From: Epiperipatus broadwayi
Lineage: Eukaryota; Animalia; Onychophora
Assembly (NCBI GenBank): GCA_028023455.1
Contig: JAQFVV010000004.1
Span: 17,608,001-17,672,000 of the forward strand
Length of the DNA stretch: 64,000 nucleotides
Reading direction: 5' to 3'
In this document: in pieces, positions 52,380 through 64,000 of the stretch
How positions within the stretch are numbered: the first letter of the stretch is position 1
Layout: the number at the start of each line of letters is the position of its first letter
Notes under the pieces: model-generated
Databases searched by the model: none
What the model saw: only the letters and a program-made list of their open reading frames with translations
Told to the model about the DNA's origin: nothing
Position numbers and translations under genes: made by a program

Positions 52380-53520
52380 GCTGCAATCTTTTTCTAAAAA
52401 TAATTGCCATTAGATATCATCTTGTTATACCTCTTTTGTGTCCATTTCTTCCAAAGACTTTTAATTTCATCATCCAAAAATAAATCTTTACTTTTTTTCC
52501 ATATTTTACACCACAAATCAAATTTGAAGGTTTCTATTTTTTTTTTTTTTAAGTTTTCTAAAAATGATATTTCTTGTATTTATTTCAATATCTTCTATTC
52601 AACAACATTTCTGATTCAGGTTTTTCTTTGATCCTTCACACCTGTTATTGAAAACATGTTAATTTTTTTGATTGGTTATTCTTTGTTAATCTCCTTTTCT
52701 CTGCAATTAGTGTTTAATCATTTGCAGGTTTTTCTATTCCAACTTTTTTTTGATGGAGTTTATATTTGTCCAGTCTTTTGAACAGCAGTTTCAATTTCTT
52801 CCTGCACAACTCACAAAATTCTCAGTTCATCAAATTATTTTTCTAAATTGATTTTTTTTCTGTAATCACCAATTAACTAATGGGCTCTAAACTCATACTT
52901 AATAAGAATTCAATCCTTTTCATTTTTTCAGCCATAGTCATAGATCTATTCCAAACTAGTATTTAGATCTGAAATTTGCATAAAACAAAATCATGAAGAT
53001 AACAGCTAAATTTCGACATTTGTTACTATAAAAAATATAAATAATGTTATTCCGGGATGCTCAAGTAGATAATCAATGATGAGATTGTTGAAAGTAGATG
53101 TTTGCAAAGAACAAAAACATTTTACAACAGAATTCTAGTAAACATTACTCCTGTTTCATTAAAGCTAGTCAAACTATTTAGCAACCATATAAATACCAAT
53201 TACATAGCCAACAGTGATAGCCAAGATACAGCTAGCCATAAAACAATTCTGTTTCACTTTCATCAATTGATGCATATGTTAATTGGATAACTTTGAATTT
53301 TAACACAGAATTTTATAATAGCACACAAAGTTCTATTATATTAAACCACCATATTTTTTTAGAACAATCACTATAATTCCATTCTTTCTGAAGTATTCGT
53401 TGCCAAAATAGAAACTTCTGAACTCTTCAGACTGAAAATATCTAATTCTGATTCATTTGTATTTACAGTTTCTACTTCTCATTCCTTTTTTCCAAAATGA
53501 GTAAAAAAAATTTCACTCTT
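52380..53520 (-). mobile_element. Decayed RTE-type LINE 5' part (APE endonuclease region)
   Basis: Remnants ELDIFSL, LLEFCCKMFLFFANIYFQQ and EEIETAVQK. Confidence 0.6.
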
Positions 53521-54587
53521 GTTGCATGAAATGCTTTTATTAAATCTTACAAAAAATCACATTTCTCACAATTCACTTTTCATAATGCTTAATTTAATTA
53601 AATGCATGACAGTTTCAAATAATTAGCAGTCTTCTCCAAATCTACCTCCCCCCCCCCCAATCAGCAATTTACTAATTACATAAATATTTAATAAGTTATC
53701 TAACCTATATTCAGATATTTAAAAACTAAAATATTTAATATCTAAATATATATGTGCAAACATATGACAAACAAATATAAATAATAATATACATTTGCAC
53801 ACATTATTAAAATTCAATAATGTATATCAATTATTTTATTTTATATATTAAAATGTTTAATCTTCTGTATAATATTGTGTTGTTGTTTCTTTTTTTCAAA
53901 AAATAAAGTTTGTATTTAAAATAAACTTTCTTTTTTTAACAATATCTAACTTTAATTGTTTCCTACTCCAAATATTTCATGTACCAATTTTGAATGCATT
54001 CAATATATATAAAAGCTCCTGTCATCAAATTTCCTGGTGGTTTTAATGACTTAAATCCATCACACTTTTCATATCCAGAAAGAAAAAAAATTGTTCTTTC
54101 TTAAGATATAATGAATTGCTTTTCAATCTAGGAGTCATGCCTTCAAGCACTCTTTTCTTATGAAATTTTGATTGTCCTTCTTCATAATATCATAACCATT
54201 AAAAACATTTCATTCATGCTCATGATGGCTTGTGAATATCATTATTGTTCAGCCCAAACTACTAATGTTACAAATGCTCTGCACCACACTATAATATAGG
54301 TCTTTATATGGTTATCCCTCTAAAGCTATCTGATTTGAAAAATCACTTTATTAACTATGCTAAAACCACATAGTTCTCAGAATTAATAAAGCAAACAAGT
54401 TATACAAATAAATTTTTTTATTATTAAAACATAAAATATAAACAATGACTCAGGTATATACTTAAATATAGACATTACCTAGGGCTACATAATTTTTCTT
54501 TTCACAAAGAATATTTTTATGAATGAAAGTGCATACTTAAATTTAGTGTAACATAATTATCACAATAGAAAGACAAAATACAAGTGA

Positions 54588-56230
54588 CCATCATCATCAT
54601 TTTCAACTATTATCAATCTGCTGCAGGATGAACATTTTTCCAAGTTCAACCCACCTCCAATCTCCAGCCTCTTTTCACACATCCACACTTCCTTATTTCA
54701 TCTATTTATCTCATATGTGGTCTCTTTCTAAATCTTTTACAATCTCTCAAAATCCAGTTTAAGATTTCAACTATCTAAATATTATCATCTCTCGAGCAAT
54801 ATGTCCAACCCAACTTCAGTTTCTTAATTCTTTTGGTGATGTCAATAGCACGTTTGTTCTCTTCACCATGTATTTCATTTTTGATCTCTTCTTATTACTC
54901 CTAACATGTATCTCTACATACTTTGTTGATTGGTTTAAAGCTTCTTTATTGCTCTTCTGTTAAGTGTCCAAGACTCAAATCCATAAATAAGAATTGGTAA
55001 AACACATTTATTAAAAACCTCATTTTCAAACACATAGGCATATTTACTTTTAATATTAAGTTATTTCTATTAAAAGCATTCCAACTAAATTGAATTCTTT
55101 GATTAATTTCATCCATTATGTTTCCATCTGCAGTAATAACCTGACCAAGATATTTATAACTGTTAGCTTATTCTAACTCACCATTATCAATCTTTATTTT
55201 TTTCTTTTGAGAAAATCCACTGAACTTTATTTTAGTCCTTAACATTTATATTTAGTCTTACTATCATCTGATAACTCTTGCAACATTTCCTGAAGATCTA
55301 AAGCAATACTTTCAAAATAGAGATGACTTAAATAATCATTTACTTTTACTCCCGTAGCTTCCCATTTTAATTCACAAAATACTTTTTGCAAGATTGCAGT
55401 AAAAAGTTTTGAAAATATGGAGTCACCCTATTGTACACTCATTTCAATGTTAATCCTCTTAGTATCATTATGTAATCTAATTGTTGCTGTTGCATTTTCA
55501 GAAATATTCTTCAGAATATGACAATATCCTGGATCTATACCTTGATGACCTGATGCTTTAATTACTGAAAAAATGCTTGTAGAATCAAATGTCTTTTCAT
55601 AATCTACAAATTCAAACATAATGGCAACTCATATTTATTGGTCCTTTCTATAACTTCTCTCAATACTTGGATATGATCCACTGTACTAAAACCATTTTTA
55701 AATCCAGCTTGTTTTTTTGATTGATTAAAATTCAAAGTTTGCTATAGGTGAGTTGTGATTATTTTGGTAAAATTTTTGCATGAAATTGATAAAAGACTGA
55801 TAGGTCTACAATTTCTATTATTTTCTTCATCATTTTTTTAAAAATATTAATACTACATTCTTCCAATAATCTGGAACATCTTTATCATCTAGACATTTGG
55901 TATATAACTTTTCCAAAATTTGGTCTATTTCTTCACCTCTGTCTTTTAAAATATCAATTATAATTCCATCATTACCTGGAGCTTTTTCCTTTTTCATAGA
56001 TTTAATTGCATGTCTCATTTTTTCATTTAAAATCCTGGGAAGTTCAGAAGACACAGGAGTTGTAGAATGTACTTCTGTTCTTTATTGCTATATAATTCTT
56101 GATAGAACTCCTCTACACATTTTATGTCATCTATTTTTTTAGTAATAGTTCCATCTTTTTTTCTTATTGCAGAAATAAGTTTTCTACCAATATCAAAATG
56201 TTGTTTTATACCCTTGAGACTTTTATTTTA
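54588..56230 (-). mobile_element. RTE-clade LINE, second copy of the 9858-11097 family
   Basis: ORFs 55830-56054 (AIKSMKKEKAPGND) and 55428-55619 (FVDYEKTFDS). Same 3' end and (GAT)n tail. Confidence 0.88.
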
Positions 56231-57046
56231 GTATCTATTCATTACTATAAGTTGTAACAGGTGCACTATTGTGTGAATTTTTTTTTTGTTATTCATTTAA
56301 CAGCTTGCATAAGCATAAAGAATGGGTAATCATGTGAAGAAATTAGGTTGTTAGAGATATCAGATATTTAATTCCTGGTCATGGAATTTATCAGAAAATT
56401 TGTTCTTGATACTATGATCTTTGCTTAGAGATACCAAATTTAATTCCTGGTCATATGCTTTAAAGATTTTGATGTTAGATAAAACTTTCATTACATGTTC
56501 AGTTTGGATATATGATAAAATTACAAATTTTCTTCTTTTACAGAGCTCTAAATTTTGGAATTATTTAGAACAAGAAAAACATTCTTCTCTTGTGTGATCA
56601 TAAATTCCCAAGATTTCTGAGAAATGACATTATTTAAATAAAATATTCTATTTCAATGTGTGAACTTATTAATGAAGATACTAAAGCTACTCCATGGCAC
56701 ACTGACGATAATATTACACATCGAAAAAATTAAAGGAATTATTCTATCAGAGTTAATTAGTTCCATAAGGAGAAATAGTATATTTCCAATTTAGTAAAAA
56801 AAAATTAACAAAGAAGATTAAATGTTTTTTTTTTCACTTGAAGGGGAGATATATAAAACATTTAGGTCTCATGCCATATTGACGGTACACACACATATCA
56901 AATGAATGAATCATATTATCAATAAACTTTACGTTAACATTTTTTTAAAAACACATATTTTAGTTAAATAAATAACAAATTTATTTAATTTATATATTTG
57001 AATAAAAAATTAATTTACTTTGTCTCACAAAATTTAATTGCTATAC

Positions 57047-57167
57047 ACAGTTTAGTGCAATGTTAGAATATCAGTCTCTGGAGCATAAAAATCCTTGGAT
57101 TGATTCCAGTTTCGGTATTTGTAGTTCCAAAACTTCTTATGAAATCCCGGGCAACAAAGCCATTCAA
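57047..57167 (+). mobile_element. Decayed tRNA-derived SINE-like copy
   Basis: Decayed B-box ggattgattcc and tail gaaatcccgggcaacaaagccat, shared with 60618-60735. Confidence 0.45.
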
Positions 57168-57549
57168 TTATTTATTTATTTTATGAAATTTAATGAAAAA
57201 ATGTGTTTCTATTTTATATTACAATTGTAAAAATTGTTTCCATTTCAAAGTAAATGAATTAAGAGATTAAAATATTGTTTACTACAATTCATGAATAAAT
57301 CACTATAAGAATATAAAAATTGTTATTGTAAAAACAATTCTAAAAATATTTCTTGTGAAACAATGGATAGATAAACAAACTCAAATCAAAGTAAACTATG
57401 TCAAACCACTGCAGTATAATACATGAGTTGTAAAAATTGCAGAAATTAAACAATTGTAATCAGCAATAATAGAAGAATGAAATTTCATATCTGAACAGAA
57501 TAACTCAATTGGTTGATGTTCTTGCAATGAGAGAGGATAGAAAAAAAAA

Positions 57550-60100
57550 CAACTTATGAATTAATTTCTCTGAAATTCACAAGTCAGTCTGAGCATCAAC
57601 AATGTGCAGCTAACATATAGCTATAACAAGCTGACTTCACTAGATCAAACTACATCATGAATTATGAAAACTTATCAAATTATAAATAAATAACTATAAC
57701 CTGAAATTGACTATGGAAAATGATAATAAAATGTCATACAGTACCAAACAATCTATCAGTTTCCTTGGTTAAAAATCTTAAATCTAAGCATTTAACAGAT
57801 ACTAAAATTTCTGTTCTTGGAAAAGAACTAAACTCTGCCATCATACCAATCTAATATCCCTTATTAGATATAATGTTAGCAACTGAGGAAGTCACTCCAA
57901 AATTATCTCTAGAAGAAGCAGAAGAATTATGCTGAAGAATAAAAAACACTTGGGACCTCAAAAACTTACTCAAACTTTTCTATTATGAGAAAAAAGATAT
58001 TAAATGTCTCAAACTAATGTATTATCATTATCTTGCCTCCCTGATGACAAAGGCAATGCTATAGCTGTAATGGATATTACTGATTTTAATAACAAATGAT
58101 GAGAACTCCTCATAGCAGGCCAATACAAAAAAGTGCAAAAAAAAAGTAACAATTATTATATAGAAAGCATTACAGGTATTTCACTAATTCAGAACAAAAT
58201 CCACCATTTTTTATGGTTTATCTAAAATCCACAAAAACCCACATTAATATTAAGAACCATTATTGGTTCTTGAAATTTACCTTATGAATATTTCTTCTCA
58301 AGGTTCTTAATTCTTTGGCATATAAGACACAGTCCTTTGTCAGGAATCCTAAGTACTTTGGAGAATTAATCAAGAATATGAAAATTGAAAAAATTGATAT
58401 ATTGTCAAACTGTGATGGCAAAATTAAATATAACCTGAAATGAACTATTGTCTATTTAAGAAAAGAATTAAAAGACAATAGCTTATAAGACATAAAAACT
58501 CTTCTTATTCATAATATAATGGAACTCTTAACATTCTGCATAACAATAACATACTTTCAATATAAAAAATAATTTTTCCAACAAAAATCAAAAGAATGGC
58601 TATGGGTTTGCCATTGTCATCCCTAATTAACAACATTTACACAGAAGAACTTGAAACCATAATCATAAATACTATTCCATATCCATCTAAAATCTAATTT
58701 CTCTATATCAATGATGCATTTGCTTTATAACCATATGGTAAAGCACTATAACAAACATTCTGGACACACATTAATGACATATTCTCTTCAATTAAATTCA
58801 CTGTAGAATCAGAATGAGAACAAAAATTAGTACTCTTAGATATTCTTGTGATAAGATATCTCATGACAAAACCAAAACTACAGTTTACAGAAAGAAAAAT
58901 ATTTAGCATATATATCCAATGATGTTAGAAACATAAAACATAGTATTATACTATCACTATGGAACAGAGCAAGGTAAATTTATTCTGAAATCACTTATTT
59001 GAAAAAAGATTCCAATACAGCAAACAATCACAAAGAATAATTTGTCCATCAAGTGATATTAAAACATTTTTAAATAGATAACAAACAAAAAGATATAACA
59101 TGACCACCATTCTTTATATTTCCACAACCTGTTTTTACACACAGGCAAAATTCTCCATACAGTAGCACCACTCAGTGCAAGCCAGAGTATCAATGGATAT
59201 AGGAAGATTTGTGCATAAAATCCCTATCTAGTGCCTACTCATTCAATATCCCCAGACTAGTTTCTAGCTCATGGCTTTCATCAGCGAAAAGCCTTGGATC
59301 TGAGAGCACCACACTTAAGATATAGGTACAGTATTCTCAGATTTAAGACTTCATAAGGTGCAGTGCTCTCAGATCCAAGGTTCCTCAAATTCAGGCTCTC
59401 AGATTCAAGGCTCTTCATTGATTAAAGTCATGAACTAGAAACTAGTTTGGGGATATTGAGTGAGTAGGCATTAGATAGGGATTTTATTCACAAACCTTCC
59501 TGCATCCATTAATTATTTTGGCTTGCACTAAGTGGTGCTACTATATGGAGTTTTGCCTTGTCTCAAAAAAAACCATCAATAGAAAAAACAATTATAGGTT
59601 TTCTAATATATCTATATATATCAGGAAGAACAAACTAAAAAAAATCTGCAATCAATATTACCTCAGACAAGTTTTCCAAAGCTATATCACACTATGAGAA
59701 ATCTTAATCTCTACAAAACCTAAATATGAAATGCTGAAAAACAAAAACTGCATTTACAACATACCATGTAGATGTGGAAAAATATATATTGATAAAATCA
59801 GTCACCCCATTGAAAAATGATTACAAGAGCACAAAATGATGATTAAAAAAGAACAGATATATGTAAAATAGCACATCATGAATGTATAAACAAATATATA
59901 TGTGATTGGGAAAAAACAAAAATATTGATTAGGAAGGAACAAATACAATAAAAAAAAATTTAAAGAAGTTGCTCATATGACAATAGATAAATAATGCTAT
60001 AAGACAATTTAATATGATAATATTTAATGTACAGAAGTAACTAATTAACCATGGTTTTAGAAAAAAGTGGAGAAATCAGGTGAACCTCATAGATAAGAAT
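57550..60100 (+). mobile_element. Decayed Penelope-like element (RT plus GIY-YIG), interrupted at 59143-59558
   Basis: VKNLKSKHLT..ISVLGKELNSA, MAMGLPLSSLINNIY.EELE, LYINDAF, KFTVESE..KLVLLDILV, then IYNIPCRCGKIYI and LQEHK. Confidence 0.85.
59143..59558. mobile_element. Family A inverted pair inserted between PLE RT and GIY-YIG
   Basis: Inverted arms aggcaaaa...ctccat.cagtagcaccact and their complement. Minus arm keeps the core CTGATGA-aagc catga gcta-GAAA-ctagtc (59249-59290); plus arm core is mutated. Confidence 0.82.
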
Positions 60101-60617
60101 ATGACAATTTTATTGACTCTTGCCTTTGTCAAAATAGTCCAATTAGTAAATTCAATATTTTATGAATCTAAAAATCTCTGGTTTGCTTTTGGTTCTAGTA
60201 TTGTCACTGACCGGGCTAACATCACAAAGAAAAGAGAATAATAATAATACTCAAAACATTGTGTTATATACTAACATGAATATGCTATTTCCTAACAGTT
60301 GAGAAAAGATTTAGGAATTAATATTAGATAATGGAAACAGTCTGACATATAATTACAACTGATAAAATAATCTTCTTTACTCATGTCAACATTAGAACAT
60401 TAAGAAGCAGTAATTCACTTTAGTCATTGTACACCAAAAACATTTATTGCAAACTTGAATAATCAATAGATATTAGAAGATAGTACTTCATATATACTCG
60501 CAAATTAGAATGGTTTTAAATGTCAATTAGTTTGAATAATATCAAAGCATTAAAAGTGGTGGCTAAATTATATAGAGACAAATCTGTTCTTCACTCAAGA
60601 TAGTCAATAATCAGTAA

Positions 60618-60735
60618 CTGCCTTGTGCAGTTGGTAAAGCATCCAACTTGGAATCAGGAATTCCAGAATTGATTCTGGTCCTCGCAGATCTGGAGCTTGA
60701 ATTTCTATTGAACTCCCTAGTAATAAAGCCATATG
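60618..60735 (+). mobile_element. Decayed tRNA-derived SINE-like copy
   Basis: A-box-like gtgcagttggtaaagc, decayed B-box, and tail gaactccctagtaataaagccat. Confidence 0.45.
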
Positions 60736-61360
60736 TCTTTTTTTTTATCAGCAACTAGTCTGATGGTTAGGATATATCGACTACTTGTGATTACAATAGT
60801 TGGTTTATGGATTATATTGTGTGCTTCTAAATACATACCCACAAAAAAAAAGATACGAATGAAAATTTTCAGGCAAAAACAAAATAAAAATTACAAATAA
60901 CAATGAACACTAAATAATAGTAACTAACGGTAACTTTATAACTTCAAGATACTGTAGTAAATTAGAAATAATATCAGGATTGTATATATATGAAAAGTGT
61001 GATGAGACAATTAAAATAAGTTAAAAAGAGAGAATTTTAAATAATTCTATTTAGACATTGGGATTGTTTTTTTTATTATAAATTTCATATTTGAGCTATA
61101 AAATCAATATAAAAAATAAAAGGGGAAAAAATGGATTCAAAATGTTAAGCTAGATGCACTGATTTCAAGGCTACAAACATTTTTATCATAACAACAATTA
61201 AATAGATTCGTTTTAGTAATATTATCCAAACTGATAAATTATTAGTAACATGCTAGCATTTACTGGAAACTACGGACAATTATTTGCAATTATCTTTATG
61301 TTTACAGAATATAAAAATAATTTCATAAGAAATATAACATTATTAAATTCACATGCTTAC

Positions 61361-61478
61361 CTTTTGCATGAAATTCTAACAAAGCATCTACAAACTGTAA
61401 CGTTTGTAAATGATAGATTAACTGCAGACCAAGCTGTTGAGAAGGATTTTCATCAGTAGTTTCTTCTCTGATCTCTTC
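61361..61478 (-). CDS. VIRMA: Virilizer/VIRMA internal exon (first in window), 118 nt, phase 0 to 1
   Basis: Acceptor ttatcattttag, donor gtaagc. Reads EEIREETTDENPSQQLGLQLIYHLQTLQFVDALLEFHAK, resembling the recalled human VIRMA segment ...FALWLQDSTQTLQCITELFSHF. Phase fits the next exon. Confidence 0.82.
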
Positions 61479-61659
61479 CTAAAATGATAACAATATAATG
61501 ATTCTCTTATGAATGTACAATAATGGGCATTTGTGTGCATAGCATGCATATGTAATATTTTAATACGCATTTGTAGTAGCACACTTATTTTGATCAATAA
61601 AGTAAAATAGAAAATCTGACTTCAGAGAAAACTGATGATAATGTCGAAGACGATCATCG

Positions 61660-62115
61660 ATATAAAGATAATTAGTATAGAATATGATCATCATAGATAT
61701 AATGCTGGTAATTAGTACAGGACACTATCATCATTAATTTAATGATGATATTTAGTATAGAACATAATCATGGTAGTTAATATAAAATACTATCAGTATT
61801 AATATAATAATGGTAATTAGTATAGAATACTATCATCATTGATATAATGATAGTAATTAATGCAGACATCTATTGATTTAATATGATACTTAGTACAGAA
61901 CACTATCATAGATTTAATGATGGTGCTTAGTATAAAGCACTATTATGATAATTAATAGAAAATATTGTCCTTATTGATGTAATAATGATAATTACTAGAA
62001 AATACAGTCACTAATAATATAAAGATTAGTAGAAAACACCATCATTATTAATATAATGACGACAATTAATATGGAACACTATCATCACTGATATAAGGAT
62101 AATAATTAGTTTAAA
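61660..62115. repeat. Degenerate ~41-bp minisatellite with internally palindromic unit
   Basis: Unit approximately ataattagtatagaacactatcatcattgatataatgatg, about 11 diverged copies. A further copy lies at 63437-63495. Confidence 0.8.
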
Positions 62116-62789
62116 ATAGCATTTCTTAGTGGTTGTTAGAATTAATACTTTAATAGAAGATGGATAACATAAACAGTCATTAAACATCATTAATTTTATT
62201 TCTTACTTATTCAGTTATTTTTTATAAAATTACAATTTTGTTGATTATTTTATTAATTTCTTTTTTTCAGCAAGAGATTAAAATAAATATAATTCAAATT
62301 TTTTTTTAGTAATTCTTATTTTTTTGAAACTGTCAGTTTTGTCTGATTAATATAATTATTTGATTTGAACAAATATTAGGATGCATGCAAACAGCATTGC
62401 AGTTAGGTCTATTTTATTAGATTGTGAAATATAACAATTTTATAATATTTGGATCATGGTATCAGTACAAACAAATTTTTTGGATTGCAATATAAAAAAG
62501 TTGAAAAGCACCAATTTACTAAAATCACCAATAACAGATACTTTCAAACAATTGTGGTCATTCCTATTTCAAGAGCAAAAAAACAAAAAAAATAATGTTA
62601 TAATACAAATGAGTTTTGCAATGACAACACAAATCAATCTGTGAACTACAAATATATCCATGAATAAAACATGCTAGTTTATTATTTTGATATTTTGTGA
62701 TGTTATCTTTTTAATATCCATGTATAAAACATACTGGTTCATTTTTCTTTTTTTGATATTTTGCAATGTTATCTTTTTAACTTTACTGT

Positions 62790-63430
62790 CTGAAATACTT
62801 CAATACTGTCTCTAACTATAGTTTTCTATTCAATTCTCTACCATATCATCCAATGAAAACAATTTCATAGATTATTTTTCAGATATACTTTATAACATAA
62901 GGGATCTACCTCTCCTATGAATATGATGCTCAAGTTCACAATAAAACACCCTTTTAGAAAATATACTGTTCATTCACTTCACATATTCAATTGCCAATGA
63001 AGATGCTATTAGTATCACATCCAGAAAGTCACAGAATATATTGATTGGTCTTATGATCTTGCCATTGCATTTTAAAAATATTATAAAGCATCCTTAAATG
63101 AAACTTTTCTAATATCTTTATGTTGCATTGATAAGATCTCCAAGTCTCCTTTACATATAATAAATTATGTAAAATAACAGTTCTAAATACAGCTAATTTA
63201 ATTACAGTAGTTTCCCTGTGATAAATTCCCCCCTCTTTTAATTTGTTAAAAGCAATAGCACAATGGAATCTGTACTGCTCTTCAATATCCATGTCTATCT
63301 TCTTATGTTGATACCAACTTAAAGGTCTGAGGATTTTACTGTTATCACTGGCTGATTTTTGAATATTAATTATTAAACTCAAATCATTATATGTTGCATT
63401 CAAAACATTAAGTATATTCTGTAGATCACA
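62790..63430 (-). mobile_element. RTE-clade LINE RT C-terminal fragment
   Basis: ORF 63029-63403: AFNKL...IKLAVFRTVILHNLLYVKETWRSY..NIKILEKFH...MQWQD. Confidence 0.8.
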
Positions 63431-64000
63431 TTTTGAATATAATGATGATAATTAGTATAAAACACTATCATCATCAATTTAATGATGATAACTTGTTTTT
63501 AAAGCATAAAATGCTTAATCTGACTAAATAAAGGAATATTCAATGTAATAAAAAAAAAGTTTGTGAAAAGTTGGAGACTTCTTTTTTTTTTTTTATTACT
63601 TTCAGAGTAAAATTGCATAAAATCTAATATGACATGAGTATTGTTTTATTATTGTTTTAAAGTGGTGGTTCCCTTCTTCACAGCTATGAATCAAACAATT
63701 GTGTCTGTCAAATTTATGCCTAATTGGCAAAATTGAAGATAAAAGTAAACCCAAGAGTGAATCCATTTTCTAGTTTGAATTTTTTAATATTCCTTCATTG
63801 TCACAAAAATCTAGCTGTCTTTTAATAATAATAATAATAATAATCAATATACTAATAAAAAAGACGTTTATCCCAGTCTCCCCATTCAGTTCCATTTTAA
63901 AATTACTACAAAAAATTTGAAGCAGTGAGACTACTCTGATTGGCTTCTTGTCCAATTCTAAAATTACCTATAAATCCAAGTTTAATTTGGGCCAGATCTA

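Noticed and set aside
61250-61459. 69-aa plus-strand ORF
   Set aside because: Antisense shadow of VIRMA exon 61361-61478.
61660-62115. CRISPR-like array of palindromic repeats
   Set aside because: No unique spacers, units are degenerate and contiguous, the context is eukaryotic and there are no cas genes. It is a minisatellite.

Overview
This is very AT-rich eukaryotic (animal, probably arthropod-like) genomic DNA with no prokaryotic features. The whole window lies inside one minus-strand host gene. Six small GT-AG exons (61361-61478, 51883-52038, 30720-30863, 20305-20511, 14163-14248, 7683-7829; 858 nt, 286 codons, phases compatible) splice into a peptide matching the central helical region of Virilizer/VIRMA, the m6A-writer scaffold. 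That call rests on my recollection of the human protein, not a database search. The 6-21 kb introns are packed with transposon remains: a near-complete Gypsy/Ty3 element with both LTRs, PBS and PPT (37017-45379), two decayed Gypsy elements (one internally inverted), five RTE LINE remnants, two other LINE remnants, three Penelope-like (PLE) remnants, tRNA-derived SINE-like pieces, MITE-like foldbacks and a palindromic minisatellite. The most striking unannotated signal is at least two distinct families of short non-coding elements that carry minimal type-I hammerhead ribozyme motifs and sit in inverted-repeat arrangements. One copy (18841-19118) has an intact catalytic core, a perfect 77-bp inverted repeat and a 13-bp target-site duplication. 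Exon, LTR and hairpin coordinates were read base by base; edges of decayed elements are approximate.
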